From Haliotis rufescens (lineage: Eukaryota), in NCBI RefSeq assembly GCF_023055435.1, contig NW_025963868.1:19902001-19966000 (forward strand): a DNA stretch of 64,000 bases, written 5' to 3'. The notes beneath the pieces were generated by a model, which searched no databases, was not told where the DNA came from, and saw nothing but the letters and a program-made list of their open reading frames with translations. Positions 38,001-51,652 of this stretch are shown here, one piece after another (position 1 is the stretch's first letter; the number at the start of each line of letters is the position of its first letter). The position numbers were made by a program, and so were the translations under genes.

Positions 38001-40717
38001 GTGGTCCTCTCGGACAAGGAAGTACAGGAAGTGACACTTTCCTCATTGATATAGTAGAGAATATGAAATACTGAGTGTTGACAAATAATGCTTTTGCTCT
38101 GACCTTTTACGATATATACGTTTAAACTGTTGCAAATGTTGGTATTGTATCAGACAAGTGTAGATTAATATGCATGAGGAAGGAAAATCACAATTATATT
38201 GGTATTTAAATTTTATTTCCCTTCACAAATTACACTGTTCTAATCCGTGCTTGTATTTGCTTAAAAGGCTATTAACTTCTGTCTGATTGAGGGGAAAAAC
38301 GGTACACATACAACACATACCATTTTTTCATATTCCAGCGTTGCAGACACTACAACATGATTCGATATAATGTACATGAACATATTTCTATCCACGAATC
38401 ATTTTGTGTAAGAAAAATGATGTTCTCAACTTTTGGGACTGAAAGAAATGAGTATTCGAATGTGTGAAAGAAAGGAATAATCCACGTGATTCTGACTCTA
38501 ATGTCACTTAATTTTGCCATGAAATACATTTTTTTAGCTACGCCATAAAAGGATGACGTCATGCCGCTGTTCAAATACCCTCCCCCTTGATATAATGTAT
38601 CCATGGTAACACTGTTTAATCATTCTTGACGATCAAGATGGTCCGCACCAGACATACATCGTTGAAATAGTTTCTTTAAACTTGTTGAATAATTGCATAA
38701 TTTTTATTATTATTCCATGGAATGAAAAATTTCAAGGTATATCAAATATCTCTCCATGCCGCGTTTTCGTGCTTAACTATTAAATACAATGCCCATGGGG
38801 GTAGAACAAACTGTTATTTAATCTGCCGACATTTTACTAACTTGTGACCTAGGACCTGCATGAGAGAAAAGAATAACAGAAGATAGTTGGATGACGCTAA
38901 ACGTCACTTTTGCAGTTGTCAGGTGGGGATTCCCTAAGTTTGTAAAGGCTAACAAAAAGGAATTTTTTCTCGGGAATCGTCGCGTCAATCCTGCACGTCA
39001 ATAATATTATTTTGCAGGAATAAATATTTTCAGATATACCGTTTTTTTAAGAAGCGGACTCACACACGTGGCCCAGTCGACTAAGGCAACGGAATTCGCT
39101 GTGCATAATTGTGTCCTTTAGGCCGAACCCTTAGAAACGCTAAGGAGTTCTGGTGCCGCACAGTCACCCATCCACCTATTCTATGCAACCAACACTGTTA
39201 CCCATCCATTTACTCTACGCGACCAGCCCCAGTCCACTATAAACATACTCCAACTTGTAAAACTGCACAGCAAACATTGTGTCTATAGCTTACCCACAGA
39301 GTAACGCTGTGTAATGTTCCATCATAACTCAGGCTGGTTAAATTTTTAATAATCACAGTATTCATTGTTCTTAGGAATAACATTACTTCCAGTAGTGGAT
39401 AAACGTGGCTGGAAGATTATTTCTCTATTTCTATACAGGTGTTGGCCGCGCATGTCAGTGTGACGTTGTCTCGGTCTTGTACGTTTCGTGACAATCTGTC
39501 GAAAACTGGAGAGTAGATCTGGTCAGTTTATTTCTTCAGAGAGGTTGTTTATTTAAAACGAAGATTGTGTGAAATAACAAGAACACTTTTCACTGTCATC
39601 ATTTGAACTCTCAGAGGTGTACATATGCTAATCGTATACATACATGCATCAACTAACCTGTATAGACCGTCTGACTGAATGAAACACATCAGTGTGTGAG
39701 TGAGTTTTATTATGCGTTTGGTAATATTCCAACAATATTTCGGCGTGGGACACCAGAAACGAGCTTTACACATTGATATCATTGCGTGGGATCGAATTCT
39801 TCGGCATATGGCTTTCACCACTAGGATATCCCATGCAACGTCCCCCCAAAACGCGTTGACGTTGCCATGGAATGCATCCTTGCAGAAGCTTAGTAATTGA
39901 AGGTCAATTGAAGTTGAAATTAAAACTGTTATTTTTGGAAGTACCTCTGAACGCAGCGATTAACAATTTAATCTGTTAACTTACTTATGTTCATCCCAGG
40001 CTTCAAATGAACAAGCTACTTTTATCTGCCACCAAGGGGAAGCGATACAGCTCACTGGCATCCGCTGTGAACGGCAACACTTGACACACGCGGTGCATGT
40101 AGCTTTTTCAAGTTGCTAGGTTTACAGGAAATGTGGCTGTGATGCATGCTGCATGTCAATGCAAGTAAACTGATGAACTGCCCAGTGTGATTACTTATTA
40201 TTCAGTGCAATAACTCTTGTGTACTAACGTAAGTTTCACATTGATAACTTGGAAATAAATGTTGTCATTAACACGCTGTAAATAGGGAGGTGAGAATTAT
40301 TGTTATGAAGAGGACTGTTCCTTCAATATCACATGCATGTATACATGTTACACTTTCATCTTGCATGTAACGTCCACGCACATCTTATGGAGGTGCTCAA
40401 TGTCACGCGCATTTGTCGGTTAACACATATTACAGTTTGACACAAAGATTATTATTTTATTTTTTTTATTATCATTATTATTATTATTATTAGTAGTAGT
40501 ATATACCTTTACGTTGTTAAGAACATAGATACATGTGTATGTGTGCATACACGTTACCGAGCATTGTCAGATCTTGATGCTGAGTATTATTTCCTGGTAG
40601 TTGATGATAATTTTCTTCTAATGATATACCAGTTGTCGGCGACTTGGAACATTGCAGGGATGTTGTAGTTGTCTTTTACAGCCAGGGTGACTGCGTCAAT
40701 GCATAATCAAAGCTATC

Positions 40718-40782
40718 TTACTCATTCGTGTCTGAACAGTTGCCATGTGTCTGAACCTTATGATGTCCTGGAACTCGGTGGT
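40718..40782 (-). CDS. Gene B candidate terminal exon; Tyr-motif relics continue past the stop to ~40558
   Basis: gtttacag|AC CAC...; (D)HRVPGHHKVQTHGNCSDTNE*, then DSFDYAL and ENYHQL in the same frame. Confidence 0.45.
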
Positions 40783-41070
40783 CTGTAAACATACATGTCA
40801 TGTATTTAGCTTTCGAAAAGCATATTGATATTCACATTAAAATCAGTATCTTGCAATTTTGATCAGATAAATTCACAAACCGTTACAAATATCTTCACAC
40901 GTGTTGTTGATCTGCATGGAACCAGAAGACTTTGAAAGATGTATCGATGCAGATAAGCATGAACATTTTATTGTTGTTAATAGTCCTGACGAAAGTTCTT
41001 TTAAAGAATCAAAAGGCATACTCTACTTACTAGTTTGTTAGACATTGTATTGCTCAGTCGTTCTTCTCTG

Positions 41071-41255
41071 GGTTCTGGTTGGGGTCATATTGTTCATTCG
41101 TCTTTCACACAGTGATGGTTGGGGTCATATTGTCCATTCGTCTTTCACACAGTAATGGTTGGGGTCATATTGTCCATTCGTCTTTCACACAGTGATGGTT
41201 GGGGTCATATTGTTCATACGTTTTGCAATGGGTTCTGGTTGGGGTAACATTTTTC
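41071..41255. repeat. 40-bp minisatellite, ~4.5 copies, interrupted by Tc1 element 3
   Basis: ggttggggtcatattgtccattcgtctttcacacagtgat; a further degenerate unit resumes at ~42770-42800. Confidence 0.9.
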
Positions 41256-41260
41256 ATATA

Positions 41261-42766
41261 TACTCTTCAAAAAAAGAAACGTGACATAGATGTAAAACCC
41301 CTTTTTGCCAAATATCTAAAATAATTACATTAAATGAGAACCAAATAAGTCAAACAGAAAGATGATGTGTCTATAATTCGCGAAAACACATGCAAAGCAC
41401 ATAAATGTAGCGTTTGGGGATCAATTTTACAGCTTCACCCAAAAGCAACCGCCTGTAAAAAACGTGCAGCACAGGATCATGCATTTAGGCATGCAGGCAC
41501 CCCTGCTGAATGGGTATTAAAATCCACATAAACGGCTGTTCATACAGTCCTTATAACGGCAGTAGAGGCGGTGACAGAATGCCAAGACTGAATGCAGCTC
41601 AACGGAACAACGCAATTGGGAGATTACAAGCTGGAGCAACTCAGCAAGAAGTGGCCAGGCACTTTGGCGTATTCAGACAGACAATCTCTGCACTGTGGAC
41701 CCAATACAACAACACCAACAGAGTTGACGACAGACCAAGGTCAGGAAGACCAAGGGTGACAACCCAAGCACAAGATCGATACATCCGGCTGCGACACCTC
41801 CGAGACCGCACTACCACAGCTACGTCTACAACCACACAGGTCCCTGGGGTACGCAGAATATCAGATCAAACGGTACGCAACAGACTGAGGGAGGCTGGAC
41901 TTTTTGCACGAAGACCTGTTCGACGTCATGTATTGACCCCACGTCATCTGGCGGACCGTCTCCTTTGGTGCCAACAGAGGGTTAGATGGGCACGTGCAAG
42001 GTGGAGAAATGTACTGTTTACTGACGTTTCCTACTCACACGTGCTGATGGGCGCGCACGTGTCTACAGACGTCGGGGTGAACGTTACGCCCCCAACTGTG
42101 TGCAGCAGGTTGTCCCATTTGGCGGCGGGAGTGTCATGGTATGGGCCGGAATTCATCACGGTGGTAGGACGCCTCTCGTGCATGTGGCAGGTGCATTAAC
42201 AGGTGTGCGTTACAGAGACTTGATCCTACAGCCTTACGTTCTTCCTTACGTTCAAGGCGGACAGTTCCAGCAGGACAACGCTCGACCGCATATTGCACGT
42301 GTTTGTCAGGACTTCTTACAGCACAACAACATCCAGACATTACCTTGGCCAGCCCTGTCACCAGATTTGTCCCCGATTGAGCATCTGTGGGACGAGTTGG
42401 ATCGACGCGTTCGCAGAAGGAATCCACCGCCCAAAACACTTCCGGCGCTTCTTGATGCACTTCAGCATGAATGGCAGCACATCCAACAGCGTGTTAATGA
42501 CAACTTGATTGCATCTATGGGTCGTCGGTGTCAAGAGGTGATTGATGCACGTGGTGGGCACAACCAATACTGACATTATCTGTACCCCTGTGCCATTAAC
42601 TGTATCGTGTACGTGTGTCTGTCTAGGTGACACGATTAATGTTTTGAACATTGTGTACATTGATCTTCAAACAGTGTTTCAATTATGGTTTATGTGTCCT
42701 ATTTCGAAACAATCGCATTATAATACATTTTGAAAGTCAGTGTCAAGTTTCTTTTTTTGAAGAGTA
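41261..42766 (+). mobile_element. Full-length Tc1 (DD34E) transposon 3 (transposase 41579-42573, one frameshift)
   Basis: 26-bp TIRs TACTCTTCAAAAAAAGAAAC(G/T)TGACA, TA TSD; VLFTD; QQDNARPH...SPIE with 34 residues between D and E. Confidence 0.96.
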
Positions 42767-42929
42767 TATTTTTCACGGGGTATTGGTTGGAGTCATATTG
42801 TCTTCCTCACAAACGTCGAATTCATTTCCATGTTTTACGTTTCCCGTCATTGTTCTCCAGTCTCCTGTCTAGCTATCCCTCAACGAAAAATTTAAAAGAA
42901 ATAGAACAATCGAATATTGTATACTTTAC

Positions 42930-42995
42930 CGTCTTTATGGCAATGAATCTTCTCCACATCGTCAAAGCCGACGTAACATACATTGTCGACCATCA
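42930..42995 (-). CDS. Gene B tail exon (second VDNxxY type)
   Basis: gtttttag|TG ATG...GAC G|gtaaag; (V)MVDNVCYVGFDDVEKIHCHKD; phase 1-1. Confidence 0.7.
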
Positions 42996-43699
42996 CTAAA
43001 AACAAAGATATTTTGTAATCCAACGTTGAAATGCAACGATAAATGAAGCACTTTTAGGCTTGTTAGAATGACCAAAAAAAACACACTGTGGACTGTGGTC
43101 AGAGGACTGACTATTTGAAAGATTTCAAAAGTATGGTAAACCTAGGTTAAAAACAGCAAAATAATGTGTGTTTTCTTAACTAGTCTAGCTTTCAAACAAC
43201 AAACATTCGTTTAGCTACTGGACACTTTCCTGTTGCAATTGATGTGATCCAAAGATAAAAAGAAAAATAGAGAAATCGTGTTAATAGATGATAGAATCAT
43301 GATGTCATAGCATCAGAATCATAACACACAGCAACATTTTGTAAGGATTAGTTCTATCTCACTAGTATTATTAACCTGTATTTGATGTCAAATATGTTCA
43401 ATTGATTTTAAACTTTCACTTCGGTATGTTGCAGCATGAACAACAGCTGCATGTGAATAAACGTACCAGAAAGACAACTGGATTGTGTTTCCCTGTATTA
43501 TTCCTGAATACACCATGAATAAATGCTGATATTAAAAATCAAAACAGGAAATAACATTAAAGTAATGCTATCTACTATTGCAGATGTAAAATGAATACGG
43601 AAACGCAAAAGTGAGAAACACAAATTAATTTAAAGAAAGTACCAAAAAGTAAACTAACCAAGCGTTTCATCCTCGCTCTCTGTATGGCCATCTTGAGTG

Positions 43700-44423
43700 C
43701 TACTGAAACATTACATGTAACAATACAGCCACGTGATATTGAAACATTATACGAAACAGTACAGCCACGCGCTACCGAAACATTATACGTAACATTACAG
43801 CCATGTGTTCTTGAAACATTACATGTAACAATACAGTCATGTGCTACTGAAACATTACATGTGTCAATACGACTATGTTGCATGGAATCATTGCAGTACC
43901 ATAGAGCCACGTACTAACGGAAACATTACGTGTAACAATACAGCAATGTTATGTTGTAACATTACACGTTACAATACAGCCCTGTGCTACAGAAACATTA
44001 CACGTTACAATACAGCCCTGTGCTACAGAAACATTACACGTTACAATACAGCCCTGTGCTACAGAGACATTACACGTTACAATACAGCCCTGTGCTACAG
44101 AAACATTACACGTTACAATACAGCCCTGTGCTACAGAAACATGACACGTTACAATACAGCCCTGTGCTACAGAAACATTACACGTTACAATACAGCCCTG
44201 TGCTACAGAAACATTACACGTTACAATACAGCCCTGTGCTACAGAAACATTACACGTTACAATACAGCCCTGTGCTACAGAAACATTACACGTTACAATA
44301 CAGCCCTGTGCTACAGAAACATTACACGTTACAATACAGCCCTGTGCTACAGAGACATTACACGTTACAATACAGCCCTGTGCTACAGTAACATTACACG
44401 TAACTATACAGCCACGTGCTACT
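43700..44423. repeat. 36-bp minisatellite, ~19 copies, homogeneous centre and degenerate left edge
   Basis: gaaacattacacgttacaatacagccctgtgctaca. Confidence 0.97.
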
Positions 44424-45625
44424 TTTATCTAACTATATATAGACCAGTTCACGAAAGATTTTTACATTTTATAAATAAATTGTTTATACACGTGCTCCTC
44501 TGAGGGAGATATATCTATACTACATCCTGATTTCAAATGAGAGTTGTTGTTTTCAGTTCATTTAAATCAGATTCTATATGTTCTCATTTACACAATGACC
44601 ACCCGATCCCGTTAGTCGACTCTTACGACAAGCATAGTCGCCTTTTAGGGCAAACATGGGTTGCTGAAGACCTATTCTAACCAGGATCTTCACGGGTCAC
44701 GTGCTACTGTAACATTTAACGTAACAATACAACCATGTGTTCACTGTCAATCCCTGGATTGTCTGGTTTATTATTTACAGACCACCGACACAAAACTAGA
44801 CTGGTGGGTTAAACAACAAACAGACGATGTAATCTTACTGTTAGCAAGGCCTCATAATCAGATGTGTTCCTATATCGATCGGGATCGGGTGGTTTGGCTC
44901 GCCGACTTGGTTAATGCACGTCATCGTATCCCAATTGCGTGGATCTATGCTCATGATGTCAATCACTGGAATGTCTGGTCCAGGCTCGATTATTCACAGA
45001 CCGCCGTCATATAGCTGGAATATTGCTGAGTGCGGCGTTAAATAACAAACAAACAAATCCTATATCGATACCCCATACTGATTTCATGTGCGCATAGTTG
45101 TTTACAGTTCATTAAAATGTATACGTTCTCATACATACAATGTCAATTTAACACTTACATCTCTTCTTCCAGGCGCTCTGAGTCTGTAGATGTCATCAAC
45201 ACCTGAATTGTGGAGGTCCCTGCTGGTTACAATATATCAGGATGAAAACTACAAGTAAATGTATTGCATAATACAGCTTTGTTGTGAAATGTATATATAT
45301 ATCAACATATATACCAATCAAATATAGGACTAAACACAGTGGTGTGTCTAAGTGTTTCTGTGGGATCAGACAATGGTAATATTTCCATGATCAACTCCGG
45401 TGAAACAAAAAAGAAGCTTCTTGACAGCATTCATGTCCCTTCAGCCGCGTGCATATACTCCTGGAAAAAGACTAAGCACCGTGTATTATGTATTTCCTTG
45501 TAAAAACTTTATTGTAACAAATCATATCCTGTGTCAATATTCTGACGAAACAAAGAAAAGTGAAACTTGGACTTAAGTAAGTGAACAAATTGCATAAGGG
45601 TTCCTTGTATACGAGTGTATCTGAC

Positions 45626-45694
45626 CTTCTGTTTGTCCAAGATCCTGCTCTTCCTCCTCCAGAAACCCGATGTAACAGACGTTGTCCACCATAA
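45626..45694 (-). CDS. Gene B duplicated VDNVCY exon (copy 1); companion 47-nt exon at 46059-46105
   Basis: ctgtttcag|TT ATG GTG GAC AAC GTC TGT TAC...GAA G|gtcaga. Confidence 0.5.
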
Positions 45695-47249
45695 CTGAAA
45701 CAGTATTTATTATTATGTAATGTTGTTTCAGTCATTAGTCAGAAAACAGAGTATAATGTTATCTACTGTTTGATGGTTATATAGAAGTGTGTCGAGGGCT
45801 TTGTTTCATATTGTATATGTTACTTAAAAAAGGAACATGTCAAAATTATATTTTTCTCATTCTGTCCTGTATTTGTATACACTCACATATTAGTACGCAT
45901 GCACTAAAGTACACAGGCACACATCTGTATACATATTGCATATTATAAATGTGTTTGCATATCATTTCAATACGGCAGTAAAATATTAAAAATGTATCGG
46001 TTAATACAATGTTTCAAGTGAAAATCAATGACATCAATAGAAAAAATCAAAGACTTACCCAAGCTATCGTCGATGTGACTTTCTGTATGCTCAATCTCCT
46101 CAGACCTGCAACATTCGTCAATGCTGAAGTTATTCGTTTTCCCTAAGGCGCCGAGATTCGCTGTGCAGAGTTGCGTCCCTTGGGCACGCCAGAAACCTAT
46201 GATTGTGGGTTCGAATTCCAGTTCGCCCCGATTATGTTTCTAGGTGTGTCAGCACCATACCCGTGCTCGTGGGTTTTACCGAAGTGGTAAACATCTGAGA
46301 CCTGCATCAATTCGGCCTTCTTCCCACATTAAGCTGACACGCCGTGATGTAACTGGAATACTGTTAAAAGCGGCGTTAAACCGTACTCACAATTCGTTTT
46401 CCCTTTGTGATTACTCCTACAAAGATGCATTGGCTCCATTCAAATAGGTACATGTAATTGCAAAGATGCACCCGAGGCTTACACAATTTGATGAATGGTT
46501 AATCTTTACTGAGAGCAGACCTTTTAGACTAGTATATGTGTTCAAAGCCTGGGCCGTTGTTGTTGCTGTTGTTTAACGCCGCACTCAGCAATGTTCCAGC
46601 TATGTACTCGATTATTCACAGACCGCCGTCATATAGCTGGAATATTGCTGAGTGCGGCGTTAAACAACAAACAAACAAATCCTATATCGATACTCCATAC
46701 TGATTTCATGTGCGCATAGTTGTTTACAGTTCATTAAAATGTATACGTTCTCATACATACAATGTCAATTTAACACTTACATCTCTTCTTCCAGGCGCTC
46801 TGAGTCTGTAGATGTCATCAACACCTGAATTGTGGAGGTCCCTGCTGGTTACAATATATCAGGATAAAAAAACTACAAGTAAATGTATTGCATAATACAG
46901 CTTTGTTGTGAAATGTATACATATATCAACATATATACCAATCAGATATAGGACTAAACACAGTGGTGTGTCTAAGTGTTTCTGTGGGATCAGACAATGG
47001 TAATATTTCCATGATCAACTCCGGTGAAACAAAAAAGAAGCTTCTTGACAGCATTCATGTCCCTTCAGCCGCGTGCATATACTCCTGGAAAAAGACTAAG
47101 CACCGTGTATTATGTATTTCCTTGTAAAAACTTTATTGTAACAAATCATATCCTGTGTCAATATTCTGACGAAACAAAGAAAAGTGAAACTTGGACTTAA
47201 GTAAGTGAACAAATTGCATAAGGGTTCCTTGTATACGAGTGTATCTGAC

Positions 47250-47318
47250 CTACTGTTTGTCCAAGATCCTGCTCTTCCTCCTCCAGAAACCCGATGTAAC
47301 AGACGTTGTCCACCATAA
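47250..47318 (-). CDS. Gene B duplicated VDNVCY exon (copy 2); companion 47-nt exon at 47683-47729
   Basis: As copy 1 with one substitution (E>V). Confidence 0.5.
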   Translation of the reverse strand, partial: LWWTTSVTSGFWRRKSRILDKQ

Positions 47319-48706
47319 CTGAAACAGTATTTATTATTATGTAATGTTGTTTCAGTCATTAGTCAGAAAACAGAGTATAATGTTATCTACTGTTTGATGG
47401 TTATATAGAAGTGTGTCGAGGGCTTTGTTTCATATTGTATATGTTACTTAAAAAAGGAACATGTCAAAATTATATTTTTCTCATTCTGTCCTGTATTTGT
47501 ATACACTCACATATTAGTACGCATGCACTAAAGTACACAGGCACACATCTGTATACATATTGCATATTATAAATGTGTTTGCATATCATTTCAATACGGC
47601 AGTAAAATATTAAAAATGTATCGGTTAATACAATGTTTCAAGTGAAAATCAATGACATCAATAGAAAAAATCAAAGACTTACCCAAGCTATCGTCGATGT
47701 GACTTTCTGTATGCTCAATCTCCTCAGACCTGCAACATTCGTCAATGCTGAAGTTATTCGTTTTCCCTAAGGCGCCGAGATTCGCTGTGCAGAGTTGCGT
47801 CCCTTGGGCACGCCAGAAACCTATGATTGTGGGTTCGAATTCCAGTTCGCCCCGATTATGTTTCTAGGTGTGTCAGCACCATACCCGTGCTCGTGGGTTT
47901 TACCGAAGTGGTAAACATCTGAGACCTGCATCAATTCGGCCTTCTTCCCACATTAAGCTGACACGCCGTGATGTAACTGGAATACTGTTAAAAGCGGCGT
48001 TAAACCGTACTCACAATTCGTTTTCCCTTTGTGATTACTCCTACAAAGATGCATTGGCTCCATTCAAATAGGTACATGTAATTGCAAAGATGCACCCGAG
48101 GCTTACACAATTTGATGAATGGTTAATCTTTACTGAGAGCAGACCTTTTAGACTAGTATATGTGTTCAAAGCCTGGGCCGTTGTTGTTGCTGTTGTTTAA
48201 CGCCGCACTCAGCAATGTTCCAGCTATGTACTCGATTATTCACAGACCGCCGTCATATAGCTGGAATATTGCTGAGTGCGGCGTTAAACAACAAACAAAC
48301 AAATCCTATATCGATACTCCATACTGATTTCATGTGCGCATAGTTGTTTACAGTTCATTAAAATGTATACGTTCTCATACATACAATGTCAATTTAACAC
48401 TTACATCTCTTCTTCCAGGCGCTCTGAGTCTGTAGATGTCATCAACACCTGAATTGTGGAGGTCCCTGCTGGTTACAATATATCAGGATAAAAAAACTAC
48501 AAGTAAATGTATTGCATAATACAGCTTTGTTGTGAAATGTATACATATATCAACATATATACCAATCAGATATAGGACTAAACACAGTGGTGTGTCTAAG
48601 TGTTTCTGTGGGATCAGACAATGGTAATATTTCCATGATCAACTCCGGTGAAACAAAAAAGAAGCTTCTTGACAGCATTCATGTCCCTTTAGCCGCGTGC
48701 ATATAC

Positions 48707-51120
48707 GTGTAGGATCAAAACCGAGGGCAAGTTTTTGATCTCACTTATATGAACTGATCAAAGATATGATTTAGAAATAATTTTACTAATTGGTATTAAC
48801 ATGAATTCATTGATATTTACTCTTGAGAATTTAACTGCAATACGCGGGGAGTACATCCGCGCGCTGCACGTGCTTCAGGCCCGTTGTAACAATGAGCGCA
48901 CGTGGTTCAAGCCAGTCGAGTGAATTCCACTGAAGAGGATGGACGCAGACGACGACAATTTATTTCTGACGCAGTCAGTTTTTAAAGAATCGATTCTGTG
49001 CTGAAGAAGACAAGGAAAGTGATGACTTTAAATTCCGTTTTGGAGATCCACTCTCCGAGCGTGAAATAACCAAGAAAATTTAGATCTGTGTCCCTAGAAA
49101 AACACGTTATAAAAATGACTGGGCATTCTCAACATTTAAACGGTGGCAAGAAGAACGCAAGTCACGGTCAATTGCGGACAATTTGGAATTACCGCAAAAG
49201 TGCTTGACAGAGGATATAGTCGAAATGAGCCTATCTACTATGAACACCGCTTTCAAATATTTACTTTTTGAGGCGAGGAAACAGGACGGCACCCAGTACA
49301 TGGCGGATACTGTACATCGACTGTTTACCGCTCTTCAGAGTGGCTTGAGGCTTAAAGGGCGAAAGAACATTAATTTGTTCGAGGATCAACAGTTTGAAGA
49401 GAGCAGAACATGTCTGGACGCTTTAATGAAGGAACTTTCTGGGGACTGGGCAGCTCTGCCAGGAAGAAAACTGAAACTATATCAATGGACGACGAAGAGC
49501 GCTTGTGGAGTAGCGGTTCATTAGGCGAAGACGACCCCCAGCAACTTGTGGATACGGTTCTTTATCTTACCGGTAAGTAAAGTAAACCACACAGTTGTTT
49601 TTCTTTATATCTTCGAAAATTACTTTTACAAATAGTATAAACTAAATCATTGGAATTTGTTCATTCACATATAAAATTGAAATATTAATGTGTGAACCTT
49701 TTTAAACACAAAAGTTTAACAGTTTGTTGAAATAATTAACTGAATTTTCATTATTGTTCATATTTGCCTTTGTCTAAAATACACATTTTCAAAACATTTA
49801 CACAGGTTTGCATTTCGCACTGCGAGGAGGAAGAGAGCATACAGCGCTGAGGCTGTTCTCGAACCCCCAAATAACAGGTCCCCACACTGACGATAATGGC
49901 AGAAAGTATCTACTCTACACGGAAGACGCGTCAAAGACTAATCACGGCGGCCTGAAGCACAGGAAGCTGGTACCGAAACAAGTTCGAGCGTATGAGAACA
50001 CGGACAACCTTAAAAGATGTTTTGTGCGTCTCTTTGAAAAGTACAGGTCATTGTGGTAAGTGTTAAAAAACACCAATGCAAATTGCATGTATTACCTACG
50101 TTTATTTAGGGGTTTGGGAATTATGTATTTGATAATCGCTTTATATAAATCTTGACTACATTCTAAATTTTGAATGAAATTTTCAGAAGGTGGAGTATCA
50201 GCCCACTCAATACATTGTTTCACAAAAACAAATATTACAAGTGTCCCTTTCTATGTTATTTCCCCCAGCAAACCTGGTCAACATACTGAATACTTCTACT
50301 TCACTCCAAGAAGGACTAGAACGTCGAAAGACTGGTATACTGCAAATGCCATCGGCCACAACACCTTACAAGTTACCGTCAAAAGACTGTGCAAGACGTC
50401 CGGTATTCAGGGCATGAAGGCAAACCATTCCTTGAGAGCCACGGCAGCCACTCGACTGTATCAAGGTGACGTTGATGAACAAATGATTTGCGAAATTACC
50501 GGTAGGTTGATAAACATTATAGTCTTGCAGTAATAAGAAATTGTTATTCAGCAAAAGTCATAACATATCAAAGAAATATTTTTTCCAAACCAGTAAGAAG
50601 GTCTTTTTTATTTATGATATATATGGTAATATTGGTGTTTTTGGAATCTGTAATAGTTTTTAAGTGTATTTGTATGCTGTATGTGTAATACTTTCGAAAT
50701 TACAAGAGAACTTCCGACAACCAAAAGGCAACGGTCTCTGACATACTTAGTATGTCGAAAAAAATGAACTCGCCATCACGTGAAGAAGCTGATCCGAAAA
50801 GAGCAGATGACCAAAGACCTGAAGACAAACTAAATCGAACTGTGACGCTCAATTTCAATTTCAACTAATATCAATAAATAGTTGAGCCATGTTCTGTTGT
50901 TTTTTTCTTGCAGAAGGGTAGTTCAATACAGAGGGTATTCTTCGGGACAAAAACCAGGCTTTCAGTAGAAAATCTCCCGGGATTTCTTGCAGAAAGCCCG
51001 GGGCTTACCCTAGGAATGCCCGGGGCTTACCCTGGGAATGCCCTGTAAACTACCTGTAGAAGTTTAGTCGGTAAAAGAAGACCCTTGCGAGACAATAGAG
51101 TGACGTCACTAGAGGTTTAT
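48707..51120 (+). mobile_element. Crypton (CryptonA/DUF3504-like) tyrosine-recombinase DNA transposon, four-exon gene, disrupted
   Basis: Exons ~48939-49571, 49806-50055, 50269-50501, ~50695-50868 with GT-AG introns; EARKQDGTQY, HFALRGGREH (R), SKTNHGGL (K), NHSLRAT (HxxR), EITG, RNYKRTS (Y); frameshifts in exon 1 and the HRS segment is missing. Confidence 0.9.
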
Positions 51121-51171
51121 AAGTAAGTGAACAAATTGCATAAGGGTTCCTTGTATACGAGGGTATCTGAC

Positions 51172-51240
51172 CTTCCGTTTGTCCAAGATCCTGCTCTTCC
51201 TCCTCCAGAAACCCGATGTAACAGACGTTGTCCACCATCA
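51172..51240 (-). CDS. Gene B tail exon (VDNVCY)
   Basis: (V)MVDNVCYIGFLEEEEQDLGQTE; 69 nt, phase 1-1. Confidence 0.65.
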
Positions 51241-51605
51241 CTGAAACAGTATTTATTATTATGTAATGTTGTTTCAGTCATTAGTTAGAAAACAGAGTAT
51301 ATTGTTATCTACTGTTTGATGGTTATATAGAAGTGTGTCGAGGGCTTTGTTTCATATTTTATAAAAAGGTTTAGCAAAATGTTACTAAAAATAGTAACAT
51401 GTCAAAATTATATTTTTCTCATTCTGTCCTGTATTTGTATACACTCACATATTAGTACGCATGCACTAAAGCACACAGGCACACATCTGTATACATATTT
51501 GCATATTATAATTTCAATACGGCAGTAAAATATTAAAAATGTATCGGTTAATACAATGTTTCAAGTGAAAATCAATGACATCAATAGAAAAAATCAAAGA
51601 CTTAC

Positions 51606-51652
51606 CCAAGCTATCGTCGATGTGACTTTCTGTATGCTCAATCTCCTCAGAC
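51606..51652 (-). CDS. Gene B tail exon
   Basis: gttgcag|G TCT...TTG G|gtaagt; (R)SEEIEHTESHIDDSL; phase 2-1. Confidence 0.7.

Noticed and set aside
43841-44503. 220-aa repeat protein
   Set aside because: Translation of a 36-bp minisatellite, open in more than one frame
45159-45202. Additional 44-nt gene B exon (GVDDIYRL...) in each repeat unit
   Set aside because: Good splice sites, but its phases do not connect to the neighbouring exons without a stop or frameshift; left unassigned
49107-50554. Host ZMYM/QRICH1/KCTD1-like gene or phage integrase
   Set aside because: Absent from the two sister repeat copies, frameshifted and intron-containing, which fits an inserted Crypton
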